Shown here piece after piece: positions 36,597 to 47,315 of a stretch of 64,000 nucleotides of DNA. The stretch covers positions 3,872,001 to 3,936,000 of the forward strand of contig OY970399.1 of assembly GCA_963720545.1 (NCBI GenBank), written 5' to 3'. The position numbers were made by a program, and so were the translations under genes. The stretch is from an uncultured Acidobacteriota bacterium (GTDB lineage: Bacteria; Acidobacteriota; Vicinamibacteria; Fen-336). Numbering within the stretch: position 1 is the first letter of the stretch; the number at the start of each line of letters is the position of its first letter. Below the pieces are notes generated by a model, which worked only from the letters and a program-made list of their open reading frames with translations, did not search any database and had not been told where the DNA came from.

Positions 36597-38131
36597 GGGC
36601 GCGCTCCTCCAAGTCTCGGCCGCGGGTAGTCGAGCCCGCTGTAGAGCGCCATCAACGTGCGCTGGCCGGGAATGCCGTCGGCCACGAGCGCGGTGTCGCG
36701 CTGGAAGTTCGCCACGTCGTCGGCCAGCAGGCCGGTGCCGCGCCGCCCGAGCCGCGCCAGGGCGCTCGACGCCCAGGGATAGGAGCGCGTGGAGTCGTCG
36801 GCGACGCCGTCGAAGTCGCGCCAGAGAAAGGTCGTCTGTCCCGTCCAGTACCGCTCCAGCACGCCCAGCGGCACGCGCAGGTCGCCCGACTCGAGGCGCA
36901 GCGTTGCGGAACCTCCATCGAGCGCCACCAGCGGCACGAAGCAGGTGGTCTCGGCGTTGGGCGGCGCCAGTTCGAGGATCGCGGGCACGTCGAGGCGGCG
37001 CACCTGGTCCAGCCGGCTCAGCATGGTCAAAGAGCGCAGCGGCGGTCCCGGCGTCCAGGCGGAGCGCACGCTGTTGACGGCGCTGCTCCACGACGCTTCG
37101 CGCTGCGCCGAGGCGAGAAACGCGTCGAGCGGCGGTGTCGGCACGGGAGTGGGCACCGAAGGCGCCGGGGCCGGCGTGGCGGCAGTAGCTTCGAGGCGTT
37201 CGCGCGCCTGCAGGCGCCCGGCGGGCAGCCACAGGTAGGCGGCGATCGCCAGCAGCGCGATGGCGCCGGCGCCCACCGCCCACGGCAGCGCGCGCTTCGG
37301 CATCCACGGCCCGGCGCCGCCGAACACCTCCTGCGCGGAACGATCGACCATGCCGCGGTCGATCTCGCGGGTGCCGCCGACGTAGCCGGCGAGAAGCGCC
37401 CGGTCGCACACCAGGTTGATGAGGCGGGGAATGCCGCCGGAGCGGCGCTGCACGGCGCGCAGCGCGCCGGTCGTGAACGCGACTTTGCCTTCGCCGCCGG
37501 CAACCGCCAGCCGATGCTTCACGTACGCCGACGTGTCGGCGAGGTCGAAAGGCGCCAGGTGGTAGCGCGCGGTGACGCGCTGCGCCAGCTGCCGCAGGTC
37601 GCGCCGCGCGAGCATCTCCTTCAGCTCGGTCTGGCCGATGAGGACGATCTGGATGAGCTTCTCGGTGTCGGTCTCGAGGTTCGAGATGAGCCGCACCTGC
37701 TCCAGCACGTCGCGGGTCAGGCCCTGAGCCTCATCGACCACCAGCACCACGCGCTGGGCGCGGGCGCGCGCGTCGAGGAGGTACCCGTGCAGGGCGTCCA
37801 TGTACGGCTTGGTCGCTCCGCGCTCGGTGTCGCGTGGCGTCGGGACGTGCAGTTCGTTCAGCACCGTCTCCAGCAGCTCGCCGGCGCTCACCGACGGATA
37901 CAGCACCACCGCGGTCGCGGTGCCCGGCTCGAGCTGCGACAGAAAGTAGCGGGCGAGTGTGGTCTTGCCCATGCCCACTTCGCCGGTGACGACCACGAAG
38001 CCGCCCCGTTCCTGGAAACCGAACTCGAGGTGCGCGAAGGCCTCGGCGTGACGGCCGGACAGGTACAGGTATTTCGGGTCCGGCGTGAGGTTGAATGGCT
38101 TCTCGGTGAAGCCGTAAAACGACTCGTACAT
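36593..38131 (-). CDS. exeA: ExeA/GspA-like AAA ATPase with peptidoglycan-binding domain
   Basis: MYESFYGFTEKPFNLTPDP, GEVGMGKT, VDEAQ, GIPRLINLVCDRAL, FQ...ADGIPGQRT. Confidence 0.88.
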   Translation of the reverse strand: MYESFYGFTEKPFNLTPDPKYLYLSGRHAEAFAHLEFGFQERGGFVVVTGEVGMGKTTLARYFLSQLEPGTATAVVLYPSVSAGELLETVLNELHVPTPRDTERGATKPYMDALHGYLLDARARAQRVVLVVDEAQGLTRDVLEQVRLISNLETDTEKLIQIVLIGQTELKEMLARRDLRQLAQRVTARYHLAPFDLADTSAYVKHRLAVAGGEGKVAFTTGALRAVQRRSGGIPRLINLVCDRALLAGYVGGTREIDRGMVDRSAQEVFGGAGPWMPKRALPWAVGAGAIALLAIAAYLWLPAGRLQARERLEATAATPAPAPSVPTPVPTPPLDAFLASAQREASWSSAVNSVRSAWTPGPPLRSLTMLSRLDQVRRLDVPAILELAPPNAETTCFVPLVALDGGSATLRLESGDLRVPLGVLERYWTGQTTFLWRDFDGVADDSTRSYPWASSALARLGRRGTGLLADDVANFQRDTALVADGIPGQRTLMALYSGLDYPRPRLGGARP

Positions 38132-38178
38132 GGAGATCGTTGACCGTTTCGGAGTGTAGCATCGAAGCTTTGGCGGCC

Positions 38179-38835
38179 ATGGAAGCGACGATCGACGCCG
38201 GTGGTGGGGGCAAGGCGCCCTTTTCGCTCGCGGTGTTCGGCAGCGGCGGACCCGTCCTGGTGCTCGGCCACGGCGCCGGCGGCAACCGCAGGACCCCCTG
38301 GCTCGTGCGCATGGCCGAAACGCTCGGCGGTCGCGGCCGGCGCGTCGTCCTTTACAACTTTCCCTACACCGAAGCCGGTCGGAAGGTGCCCGACAAGCCC
38401 GACGTGCTCGAAGCCGCGATTGCCGCCGCCGCAGAGTGGTGCCGCAGCACACTCGGCGCGGAGAAGTTGGCGCTCGGCGGCAAGTCGATGGGTGGCCGCA
38501 TCGCCTCGCAGGCCGTCGCCAAGGGCCTGCGCTGCGACGCGCTCGTGTTCCTCGGCTATCCGCTGCACCCGCCGGGACAGCCGGACAAGCTGCGCGATGC
38601 ACACCTCGGGGGGATCCCGGTGCCGATGCTGTTCCTGCAGGGAACCCGCGACGCCTTCGCTTCGTGGGACCGGCTCGAGCCGGTGCTGGCGCGCCTGCCG
38701 AAAGCGACGCTCCACAAGGTCGAGGGCGGCGACCATTCGTTCGCGGTGCCGAAGAAGACCGGGCGCACAGCTGCCGCGGTCGAGGCCGAATGCGCCGCGG
38801 CCGTCTCGGACTGGCTCAGCGCGAAGGGACTGTAA
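38179..38835 (+). CDS. Alpha/beta hydrolase (KANL3/Tex30-like)
   Basis: [30 protein letters not shown]. Confidence 0.9.
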   Translation: MEATIDAGGGGKAPFSLAVFGSGGPVLVLGHGAGGNRRTPWLVRMAETLGGRGRRVVLYNFPYTEAGRKVPDKPDVLEAAIAAAAEWCRSTLGAEKLALGGKSMGGRIASQAVAKGLRCDALVFLGYPLHPPGQPDKLRDAHLGGIPVPMLFLQGTRDAFASWDRLEPVLARLPKATLHKVEGGDHSFAVPKKTGRTAAAVEAECAAAVSDWLSAKGL

Positions 38836-40889
38836 AAGCCGCCGCCTCCGCCTGCAGCGCTTCCCACTGCGCCATCAGGTCGTCGATGCCGGCGAGGTGT
38901 TTCTGGCGGTCGGACACCGCCTGGTCGGCGCGGGCGCGGTCGTCGTAAAAGCCCGCCGAAGCCATCAACGACTCGAGGTCGCGGACCGCCTGTTCCTGCA
39001 CAGCGATCTGCTGCTCAAGTTCCTTGAGCCGCGTCGCACGTTTGCGCGCTTCGCGCTCCTGCGCCTGCTTCTCGGCATGCGAGATCGCGCCGCGCAGCCG
39101 CGGCGCCAGCGGGTTGGCGTTCGCGGCGGGGGCAGCAGCGGGCGCCGCTTCCGCCTGCGGCGCAACCGCGTGCTGCCTCGGCCGCTCCCGCTTCTGCACG
39201 CGCGCCGGCGCCTGCGGCCGCGCCGCGGGCGCGGCAACCACGGCCGGCTTCGCGGCAGCGAGCGGCGGCAGGGCGGCGCCCAGTTCGCGCGCCTTCTTCC
39301 AGGCGAGGAAATCTTCGTAGCCGCCGCTGTAGGAGAACGCCTCGCCCCCGCCCACCTCGACCACGCGGTTCGCGAGCTTGTCCACGAAATAGCGGTCGTG
39401 CGAAACGAAGATCAGCGTGCCGGCATAGTCGAGCAGCGCCTCGAGCAGGATCTCCTTCGAGTCGAGGTCGAGATGGTTGGTCGGCTCGTCGAGCACCAGC
39501 AGGTTGCTCGCGGTCAGCAGCATCTTGGCGAGCGCCAGGCGGTTGCGCTCGCCGCCCGAGAGCACGTTCGTTTTCTTGTAAACGTCGTCGCCCGAGAACA
39601 GGAAGCCGCCGAGGATGTGGCGGATCATCGGCACCATCGTCGACGGGCTGGCCGACGACATCTCCTCGTACACCGTGCGCGCCGGGTTCAGGATCTCGGC
39701 CTGGTTCTGCGCGAAGTAGTCGAGCAGCACCTGGTGGCCGACGATGCGCACGCCCGCATCCGGCTGGTCCACACCCGCGAGGATGCGCATCAGGGTCGAC
39801 TTGCCGGCGCCGTTCGGCCCGACGAGCGCCACGCGCTCGCCGCGCTCCACCAGCAGGTCCACGCTGCGCAGCACCACGTTGGCGCCGTACGTGCGGCCCA
39901 CGCGCCTTGGCCTCGAGGACGATGCGCCCCGGACGCGGCGCCTCGGGAAACTTGAAGCGGATCTTCTTGCGCTGCGGCGGGATCTCGATGCGCTCCACCT
40001 TGTCGAGCTGCTTGATGCGGCTCTGCACCTGCTTCGCCTTGGTCGCCTGGTAGCGGAAGCGGTTGATGAACGCCTCGGTCTTCTCGATCTCCTCCGACTG
40101 GCGGCGGTGCGACTCGAGCAGGCGCTCCATGCGCGCGGCGTGCTCGACCACGTACTTCGAGTAGTTGCCGTGATAGTCGGTCAGCGTCTTCAGGCCCACC
40201 TCCGTGACGCGCTTGACGGTCGCGTCCAGGAAGTAGCGGTCGTGCGACACCAGCACCACCGAGCCCGGGTATTCGTTGAGGTAGTCCTCGAGCCAGTTGC
40301 GCGCGGGCAGGTCGAGATGGTTGGTCGGCTCGTCCATCAGCAGCAGGTTGGGGCGCGCCAGCAGCAGCTTGGCGAGAGCGATGCGCATCTGCCAGCCGCC
40401 GGAGAACTCCTCGGTCTTGCGCTCCTGGTCGGCGAGCGTGAAGCCGAGCCCCTTCAGGACGTCGGCGATGCGCGCATCCATCTCGTAGCCACCGAGGTGC
40501 TTGAAGCGCTCGGTGATGTCGGCATAGCGCTCGAGCAGCTTTTCGTGCGCTCCCTCGGCATCCTCGACCGCCAGCTTGTCCTCGATCTCGTGCTGCTCCG
40601 CCTTCAGCGCCAGCAGCTCCGCGAACGCGAGCATCACCTCGGCGTGCACGGTGCGTCCCTTGTGGACGATGCCGTCCTGCGGCAGGTAGCCGATGGTGGT
40701 GTCCGATGCCATGCGAATCTGGCCCGCGTCCGGCTCTTCGAGGCCCGCGAGCATGCGCAGCAGTGTCGTCTTGCCCGAGCCGTTCGGGCCGGACAGGCCG
40801 ATGCGATCGCGCTTCTTCACGTGCCAGGACACGTCCTGGAGGAGCACGCGTTCGCCGTACCGTTTGGTGAGGCCTTCGACGTGGATCAT
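38816..40889 (-). CDS. ABC-F family ATP-binding protein; +1 frameshift at ~39903
   Basis: Two ABC domains ([15 protein letters not shown] and [16 protein letters not shown]) split over ORFs 39015-40889 and 38816-39901. Confidence 0.92.
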
Positions 40890-40978
40890 GGTGTGTGCAA
40901 GAGCTCGAACCCCCTATTTTAGGCGATCCGGCCCGGTTCCTTGCAGGGGCGGCCGTTGCGCCGGGATAATGTCCCCCA

Positions 40979-42418
40979 ATGTCATCGGTCACCGTTGAAA
41001 AGTCGTTTGCCGGCCTCGGCCTTAAGGACGCCACCCTCCAAAGCCTCGAAGCCAAGGGTTACAAGACCCCCACCGACGTGCAGTTCGAGACCATCCCGAA
41101 GGCAATCGCCGGCATCGACCTGGTGGTGCAGTCGCGCACCGGCACCGGCAAGACCGCCGCCTTCGGCATCCCGATCGTCGAGAAGGTGGACCTCGCGAAG
41201 GCCGAGCCGCAGGCGCTGGTGCTGGCACCGACGCGCGAGCTCGCCGTGCAGGTGGCGCAGGAAGTGACCGAGCTGGGGCGCGCGGGCAAGATCAAGGTGG
41301 AGGCGGTCTACGGCGGCGATTCGCTCGACCGCCAGATCGAAGGCATCAAGGCGGGGGCGCAGGTCATCGTCGGCACCCCCGGCCGCGTCCTCGACCACCT
41401 GCGCCGGGGCACGCTGGTGTTGAAGGGCCTGCGCATGCTGGTGCTCGACGAAGCCGACCGCATGCTCGACATGGGCTTCGCGCAGGAGATGAGCCAGATC
41501 ATGGAGTACCTGCCGGCGGAGCGGCAGACGCTGCTGTTCTCGGCGACGGTGCCGGTGAGCATCCGCGGGCTCATCTACCACTACCTCACCGACCCCGAGT
41601 GGGTGCTGCTCTCGACCGACCAGGTGTACGTGCGCGAGGTCGAGCACCTCTACGTGCTGACCTCACGCCTGCACAAGGAGGCGACGCTCGAGCGCATCCT
41701 CGAGTACGAGAAGCCGGCCGCCTCGATGATCTTCTGCAACACCAAGGAGGAGACGCGCAACGTCTCGGCGTTCCTCGCCGGCCGCGGCCACCGCGCCGCC
41801 ATGCTCTCGTCGGACCTGACGCAGAAGAAGCGCGAATCGGTGCTGCTCGCGTTCCGCAACGGCAAGGTGCATCACCTCGTCACCACCGACGTCGCCTCGC
41901 GCGGCATCGACATCGAGGACCTGAGCCACGTCTTCATCTTCTCGACGCCCGATTCGCCCGAACAGTACATTCACCGCGCCGGCCGCACCGGGCGGGTGGG
42001 GAAGTCGGGGCGCGCCATCAGCCTGGTCTCGGCCCACGACCTGATGAACTTCAACCGCCAGGTGCGCCGCTACCGCATCGAGGTGCAGGAACTGCAGGCA
42101 CCCTCCGACGACGAGGTGCGCGCGCGCAAGGCGCAGCGCATCGTCGACGACATCGCCGTGGACGCAGCGACGCTGCCGCTCGAGACCTTCTTCGAGCTGT
42201 CGGGGGCCGCGCGCCTGCTGGCGGCACGCGAGGACCGCGACCGGGTGGTCGTGCTGCTGCTCGCGAAATACCTGGCGGCGAACGCGCCGCCGCCCGAACC
42301 GGAAGAGCCGGCCGACGAGGAGCCGCCCTACCGCGCGGGCGACCAGGCGGGCGGACCGCGCCGGCGCTACGGCGGCGGTGGCGGCGGCAGCAGCCGGCGC
42401 CGCGGGCGCGGCCGCTAG
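40979..42418 (+). CDS. DEAD-box RNA helicase
   Basis: TGTGKT, PTRELA, DEAD, SAT, HRAGRTGR. Confidence 0.95.
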   Translation: MSSVTVEKSFAGLGLKDATLQSLEAKGYKTPTDVQFETIPKAIAGIDLVVQSRTGTGKTAAFGIPIVEKVDLAKAEPQALVLAPTRELAVQVAQEVTELGRAGKIKVEAVYGGDSLDRQIEGIKAGAQVIVGTPGRVLDHLRRGTLVLKGLRMLVLDEADRMLDMGFAQEMSQIMEYLPAERQTLLFSATVPVSIRGLIYHYLTDPEWVLLSTDQVYVREVEHLYVLTSRLHKEATLERILEYEKPAASMIFCNTKEETRNVSAFLAGRGHRAAMLSSDLTQKKRESVLLAFRNGKVHHLVTTDVASRGIDIEDLSHVFIFSTPDSPEQYIHRAGRTGRVGKSGRAISLVSAHDLMNFNRQVRRYRIEVQELQAPSDDEVRARKAQRIVDDIAVDAATLPLETFFELSGAARLLAAREDRDRVVVLLLAKYLAANAPPPEPEEPADEEPPYRAGDQAGGPRRRYGGGGGGSSRRRGRGR

Positions 42419-42437
42419 CTCGTCCCGACGTCAGCGC

Positions 42438-43016
42438 TCAGGAGACGCGGTTCCAGTCCATGAACCAGTCTTCCTGCCAGGTCTTGCCGCCGTCCTTCGA
42501 CAGCCCCTGGCGCCAGCGGCAGGACGTGGGCGTGATCCGGTCCCACACGCCGCGCGAGATCAGCGTCTGGCCGTTCTCCTCCTCGCTCGCCGTAAACGTG
42601 CCGACGCCGTCGACGAAGGCGCCGCGCAAGCCGTCCGGGCAGCCCAGCACCCCCGATTTCGCGTTCACCCAGTAGTCGTTCCACACCTGCTTCTCGAGGT
42701 CGAGAAGGCGGATGCCCGAGCCCATGAAGTCGCGCGCCGGGACGCGCAACTCCTCGATGCTGCCGACGCCGCCGAGGATGGTGAAGCAGGTGGCCTCGCC
42801 CGCGAAGGTGTCCCACTCGCCCGACTTCTTCGCCTGGCGGTGGCTGATCTTCCATTTACCTGCGAGGAAATCGAAGTCGCCCGGCTTGCCCACGCCCTGT
42901 GGCGCGGCCGGTGCCGGATGCGCCGCAGCCGGCAGTCCGGCAGCGGCGAAGGTGAGAGAAGCTGCGGCGCACTTGAGGAGGGTACGGCGCTCGCTGTCGG
43001 TCGGGCCCTTTGTCAT
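42438..43016 (-). CDS. Tat-exported DUF1579-like protein
   Basis: SERRTLLK twin-Arg motif; DFDFLAGKW...SKDGGKTWQEDW. Confidence 0.75.
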   Translation of the reverse strand: MTKGPTDSERRTLLKCAAASLTFAAAGLPAAAHPAPAAPQGVGKPGDFDFLAGKWKISHRQAKKSGEWDTFAGEATCFTILGGVGSIEELRVPARDFMGSGIRLLDLEKQVWNDYWVNAKSGVLGCPDGLRGAFVDGVGTFTASEEENGQTLISRGVWDRITPTSCRWRQGLSKDGGKTWQEDWFMDWNRVS

Positions 43017-43070
43017 GAATAATCTCCCTTGTGTTGGAACAAGCCGTGAACGGCAAGGGTAAAGGGCCAT

Positions 43071-43091
43071 TCCTGACAACGTCCGTCAGGA
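43071..43091. promoter_or_regulatory. Putative WYL-regulator operator
   Basis: TCCTGAC-N7-GTCAGGA inverted repeat between the divergent genes. Confidence 0.65.
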
Positions 43092-43112
43092 TCTCGGCGG
43101 CGCTCTGAGCGC

Positions 43113-44129
43113 ATGCGCGCGAGCCGGCTGCTCTCGATACTGGTGCTCCTGCAGCTGCGGGCGCGGTTGACGGCCGAGGCCCTCGCCGCGGAGTTCGAGG
43201 TTTCGGTGCGCACCATCTACCGCGACATCGAGGAGCTCGGCGCAGCCGGAATCCCGGTCTACGGAGACCGCGGCCCGGGCGGCGGCTTCCAGCTGCTCGA
43301 CGGATGGCAGACCCGCCTCACCGGCCTGGCGCGCGACGAGGCGGAGGCGCTCTTCATGATCGGCATGCCGGGGCCGGCCGCGGCCCTCGGCCTCGGTTCG
43401 GCGGCGGCCGCGGCGCGCAACAAGCTGCTCGCGGCGCTGCCCCAGGCGTGGACCGGCGGCGCCCTGCGCATCGCGGCGCGCTTCCACCTCGACCCCGTCG
43501 ACTGGTACCGCGCCGCGGAGGCGGCCGGGCACCTGCCGCGCGTGGCGCGCGCGGTGCTCGATGAGCGGCGCATCCGCTTCTCGTACGAGAGCTGGAGGGG
43601 GCAGAGGCTGCGGGTGGTCGAGCCGCTCGGCCTGGTGCTGAAGGCCGGTGCCTGGTACCTCGTCGCCGGCAGCGGCGCTTCGGTCCGCACCTACAAGGTG
43701 GCGAACATCCGCAAGCTCGCCGTGCTCGGCGCCACCCAGGCGTTCGTGCGCCCGGCCGGCTTCGACCTCGCCGTGCACTGGGCCGAGTCGCTGCGGCAGT
43801 TCGAGGCCGCGCTGCGCCCGGAGGTCGCGGTCCTGCGCGCATCGCCGCAGGGCCGCGTGCGCCTCGCGCGCCTCGGTGCCTGGGCTGCGGCGGCCGTGAA
43901 GGCGGCATCGCCTCTGCGCGGCGCGCGCGGGCTGATGCGGGTGCGACTGCCGATCGAGAACGTCGAGGACGCGGCCCTCCTGCTGCTCGGCATCGGGCCA
44001 CAGGTCGAGGTGGAGGCGCCCAGGGCGCTGCGCGAGCGCCTGGCGCAGCTCGCCGCGGAGATCGTGAGGAAGGCTGGCCCGCGCGCGCACACGAGGCGCA
44101 CGCGGGCTGGCGCTTACGGGAGCCGCTAG
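43113..44129 (+). CDS. YafY family HTH-WYL transcriptional regulator
   Basis: MRASRLLSIL...EVSVRTIYRDIE, GPGGG, GAWYLVA. Confidence 0.93.
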   Translation: MRASRLLSILVLLQLRARLTAEALAAEFEVSVRTIYRDIEELGAAGIPVYGDRGPGGGFQLLDGWQTRLTGLARDEAEALFMIGMPGPAAALGLGSAAAAARNKLLAALPQAWTGGALRIAARFHLDPVDWYRAAEAAGHLPRVARAVLDERRIRFSYESWRGQRLRVVEPLGLVLKAGAWYLVAGSGASVRTYKVANIRKLAVLGATQAFVRPAGFDLAVHWAESLRQFEAALRPEVAVLRASPQGRVRLARLGAWAAAAVKAASPLRGARGLMRVRLPIENVEDAALLLLGIGPQVEVEAPRALRERLAQLAAEIVRKAGPRAHTRRTRAGAYGSR

Positions 44130-47100
44130 AAGCTGATCAGCAGGCCGAGCATGAACTTGCTGAACGCGAGGTCGGGCGAGGCGGTGATCGCCCGGTTGTA
44201 GTCGTAGGCGGCCTCGAACGAGAAGCGCTTGCCGGCCGGCAGGTTGACGCCCACGCCGACGTTGAAGCCGGCCTCGAAGCTGCCGGGGTCGAAGTGGTAG
44301 AGGTCGGGGCCGAGGTTCACGAACAGCCGCAACGGGTCGCCGGGGTTGAACGTGTACTTCGCGTTCGCGCCGAGGCGCCACACCTTGAAGTCGGCGGCCG
44401 AGTTGACGCCGTCGAAGCGCGCGCGGCCGAGCCGCAGGTCGAAGGCGAGCTTGGCAGAGACGTTGTTGACGAAGTCGAGGTCGAGCGTCGAGCCGGTGCC
44501 GGCAACGTTGCCGAACGCGCCGTGGGCGTCGACGAGCCCCGCGTGGATGCTGAATGCCGGTGGCGTGCGCGCGGTCAGGGTGCGCGTCACGAGCGGAGTG
44601 TCGGGGTCGTTGCTCGCCACCTGAAGTTGGCACGACTTCGGCCCGGGAAGCTGCGGGGTGAACTCGATCGTCAGGTCGGTGCAGGCGGCCGGCGCCAGCG
44701 TCTTCGGCAGTGGATTGCCGCTGAGCGTGAAGTCGGCGCAGTCGATGGCTGCGCTGGTGACGGTGAGCGGGCACTGGCCCACGTTGCACGCGGTGACCGT
44801 GCGCTCGCCGGGGCTCCATGCCGACACCACGCCGAACGCAGTTGATCCGGTGACTGCGATGTCCTTCTCGGTGCCGCTGCCGCTCGCGGTGACCGCGACG
44901 GCCGGCGTCTCGGGATCGTTGCTCGAGATCGTGAGGGTTGCGGTTTGCGGGCCCTGCGCCGTCGGCGCGAATGACGCCTTGAACGGGAAGCAGGCGCTGG
45001 GAGCGACAGTTACGGGATATCCCGCCGACGGCGCCAGCACGGAGAACTGCGGGTTCGACGAGGCGATGCCGCTGACGATGAGGTCGGCCGAGCCGGTGTT
45101 GCAAACGTTGAGGTCGGCCAGCGCGCTGCTCGCAAGGCATTGCGGCGCGAAGGCGACACCCCCCGGCACCTGGATGGCAGGCGCCGACACGCGCGCGGTC
45201 GCCACCACCGCGAAACCCTGTCCCGGTGCGCCGACGTTCACGGCCGCGCCGCCCACGCGGATCGTCCAGGTGCCGGTCTGCGGAGCGTTCACCACCACCT
45301 GCTCGACGTTGTTCAGGTTGTCCGGCGCGCCGCCCGGAGTCGACTGGCCGGCGGCGAACGCGTTGCCGCGGAACGTCGTCGCATCGGGTGCCGTCACCGT
45401 GAGGTCGAGATCGTTGACACGCGGCGCCGCGGCGCCGGCGGTGCCCGGCGGGTCGCTCCACGCGAGCGTTATCCGCAGTGGCTCGGTGCTCGCCGCCACC
45501 TCGATCGTGAACGCCTGGAACTCGCCGGTGGCGACGCCGTCGGCGTTGCGCACGTCCCACGAACGCAGGCGCCGCGGCGCGCCGGAGAAGAACAGCACGT
45601 TGTTGAGCCGCGCGATGCCCCAGCCTTCGGTGACGCTTGGATAGCCGGTCTCGCCGGCCATGTCGAGGGTGCCGTTCAGCAGCGTCGCCTTCAGCAGGGC
45701 CCCGGTGGGGGTGCGCGCATCCTGCGGCCGCGCCGTGCCGGTGGGGTACCAGCCTTCGGTGTAGTACTGACGGATCAGCGCCACGGTCGCCGAGGCGGCC
45801 GGCGTCGCCCAGCTGGTCGCACACACGTTGGGGCTGCCGGGCCACGTCTGTACGCCGCAGCCGCTGGCGGCGATCGCCGAGGTGATGGCGCAGCCCGGAG
45901 TGACCACGTCGGGCTTGCGGCGGCCGTCGGCGGTGGGCCCGGGATTGCCGTCGCCCACCGTGCCTTCGTTGGGATCGCGCAGCGAAGCGTTCACGCCGAC
46001 CGAGTCCTTCGCAGTGCCGGGCGGTCCCTGCTCCTCGCCGTTGTTGCCCATGGAGCCGAGCACCAGGTGGTCCTCGTTGTTCCACATGAAGGTGTCCACG
46101 TCTTCGGCGGTCTGGTTGTAGGTCGCCGGGTTGCCGGCGCCGGCGGTGTTGTCGTGCCAGCTGTTCGAGTGGATGCGTGCGCCGAGGCCGGCATTGTTGT
46201 TGAGGGTGTTGAGCAGCACGCCGCCGTTGGTAGCCGAGACCAGGCGCGCGGCCCAGGCGTTGCCGCGGTTCAGGCCGGTGCCGGGATTGTTGAAGTCGTC
46301 GCCGGCAAGTATTCCCGCGACGAAGGTGGCATGCGCGGTGGCGGTGCCGCCGGCGACCGCCAGCATCTTGCGGTGCAGCGGGCCGGCCGCCGGGTTCGCC
46401 GGGTCGTTGAACATGCAGTGCGCGATGTCCACCGGGCCGCCGTCGATCACCGCGGCCACCTGGCCTTCGCCATGCAGCCCGCGGTTCCAGACGGGCGTGG
46501 TGCCCGGGGTGCCCGACTGGATGGTGCCGGCAGTGTTGCCGTTGTCCTCGATGCGCTCGGCGACCTCCTCGATGAAGCGCACTGCCTCGAGGCGCGCCAC
46601 CGCCGGCAGCGACTCGCGCGTGGCCAGGTGGAACTCGACGCGCGGCGCGCCGTGCTGCTGGCGCAGGTCCCAGGCCTGCACTTCGCTGGCGCCGGGCAAC
46701 GCACGGATCGCGGCTGCCACGGGCGCGGGATCGGCATCGGCGAACAGGATCGCGCGCAGCAGCAGGCCAGGGGCGGCGCGCCGCTCGGGGCTGCGCAGCG
46801 GCACGCGGCCGATGCGCGGCGAGATCTTGTAAGCCGGCTGCCAGGCAGCCACTGCGCGCACCAGCGGCGAGCGGCGCAGCGCGGCGAGCTGCGCCTGCGG
46901 CACGCGCTCCAGGTACGCAAGGTTCGGGATGTAGCGGTCGAGCGCGAGGCCGAACTCCTTCGTCAGGGCGGCGCGCTGTGCGCGCGTCAGCGGCGCCTTC
47001 ACCTGCACCAGGAAATGTTCGGTTGCAGAATCGGCGACGCGCAGTCCTTCCGCGACGCGGGCGGGCCCGCGCAGCGGATCGAACGCGCCGGTTTCCAGCA

Positions 47101-47224
47101 CGATGCGCATGTCCTGCGCCGGTTGCACTCCTTGCGCAGCCGCGGGACACGGCAGGATCGTGAGAAGGAGGAGGGCTAGTGAAACTGCCGCGGCAAGGCG
47201 GCGTGTGAACCTTCGAGACACCAT
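44126..47224 (-). CDS. Secreted S8 serine peptidase with choice-of-anchor D (ASH-like) Ig domains and C-terminal outer-membrane beta-barrel
   Basis: Signal peptide; VIDGG, HATFVAG, TSWATP triad; two SNDP repeats; amphipathic strands ending LLISF. Confidence 0.85.
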   Translation of the reverse strand: MVSRRFTRRLAAAVSLALLLLTILPCPAAAQGVQPAQDMRIVLETGAFDPLRGPARVAEGLRVADSATEHFLVQVKAPLTRAQRAALTKEFGLALDRYIPNLAYLERVPQAQLAALRRSPLVRAVAAWQPAYKISPRIGRVPLRSPERRAAPGLLLRAILFADADPAPVAAAIRALPGASEVQAWDLRQQHGAPRVEFHLATRESLPAVARLEAVRFIEEVAERIEDNGNTAGTIQSGTPGTTPVWNRGLHGEGQVAAVIDGGPVDIAHCMFNDPANPAAGPLHRKMLAVAGGTATAHATFVAGILAGDDFNNPGTGLNRGNAWAARLVSATNGGVLLNTLNNNAGLGARIHSNSWHDNTAGAGNPATYNQTAEDVDTFMWNNEDHLVLGSMGNNGEEQGPPGTAKDSVGVNASLRDPNEGTVGDGNPGPTADGRRKPDVVTPGCAITSAIAASGCGVQTWPGSPNVCATSWATPAASATVALIRQYYTEGWYPTGTARPQDARTPTGALLKATLLNGTLDMAGETGYPSVTEGWGIARLNNVLFFSGAPRRLRSWDVRNADGVATGEFQAFTIEVAASTEPLRITLAWSDPPGTAGAAAPRVNDLDLTVTAPDATTFRGNAFAAGQSTPGGAPDNLNNVEQVVVNAPQTGTWTIRVGGAAVNVGAPGQGFAVVATARVSAPAIQVPGGVAFAPQCLASSALADLNVCNTGSADLIVSGIASSNPQFSVLAPSAGYPVTVAPSACFPFKASFAPTAQGPQTATLTISSNDPETPAVAVTASGSGTEKDIAVTGSTAFGVVSAWSPGERTVTACNVGQCPLTVTSAAIDCADFTLSGNPLPKTLAPAACTDLTIEFTPQLPGPKSCQLQVASNDPDTPLVTRTLTARTPPAFSIHAGLVDAHGAFGNVAGTGSTLDLDFVNNVSAKLAFDLRLGRARFDGVNSAADFKVWRLGANAKYTFNPGDPLRLFVNLGPDLYHFDPGSFEAGFNVGVGVNLPAGKRFSFEAAYDYNRAITASPDLAFSKFMLGLLISF

Positions 47225-47315
47225 TTCGAAACCTCCAAGCGTCGGGATGTGCGCAAACTACCCACTCGGAGCGGTTCGAGTCTTCACACTTCGGTCAGGA
47301 TTTGATGCGAACGCG

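Noticed and set aside
35934..38131. Complete type II secretion system or Tn7-like TniB/TnsC locus
   Set aside because: Only the exeA/gspB-like pair is present; no secretin, pseudopilins or transposase adjacent
43086..47150. 1354-aa and other very long Arg/Ala/Pro-rich ORFs (e.g. 20611-23658 N-part, 56646-59699 N-part, 56458-59184, 21960-24329)
   Set aside because: Alternative-frame or antisense shadows of real genes, expected in high-GC DNA
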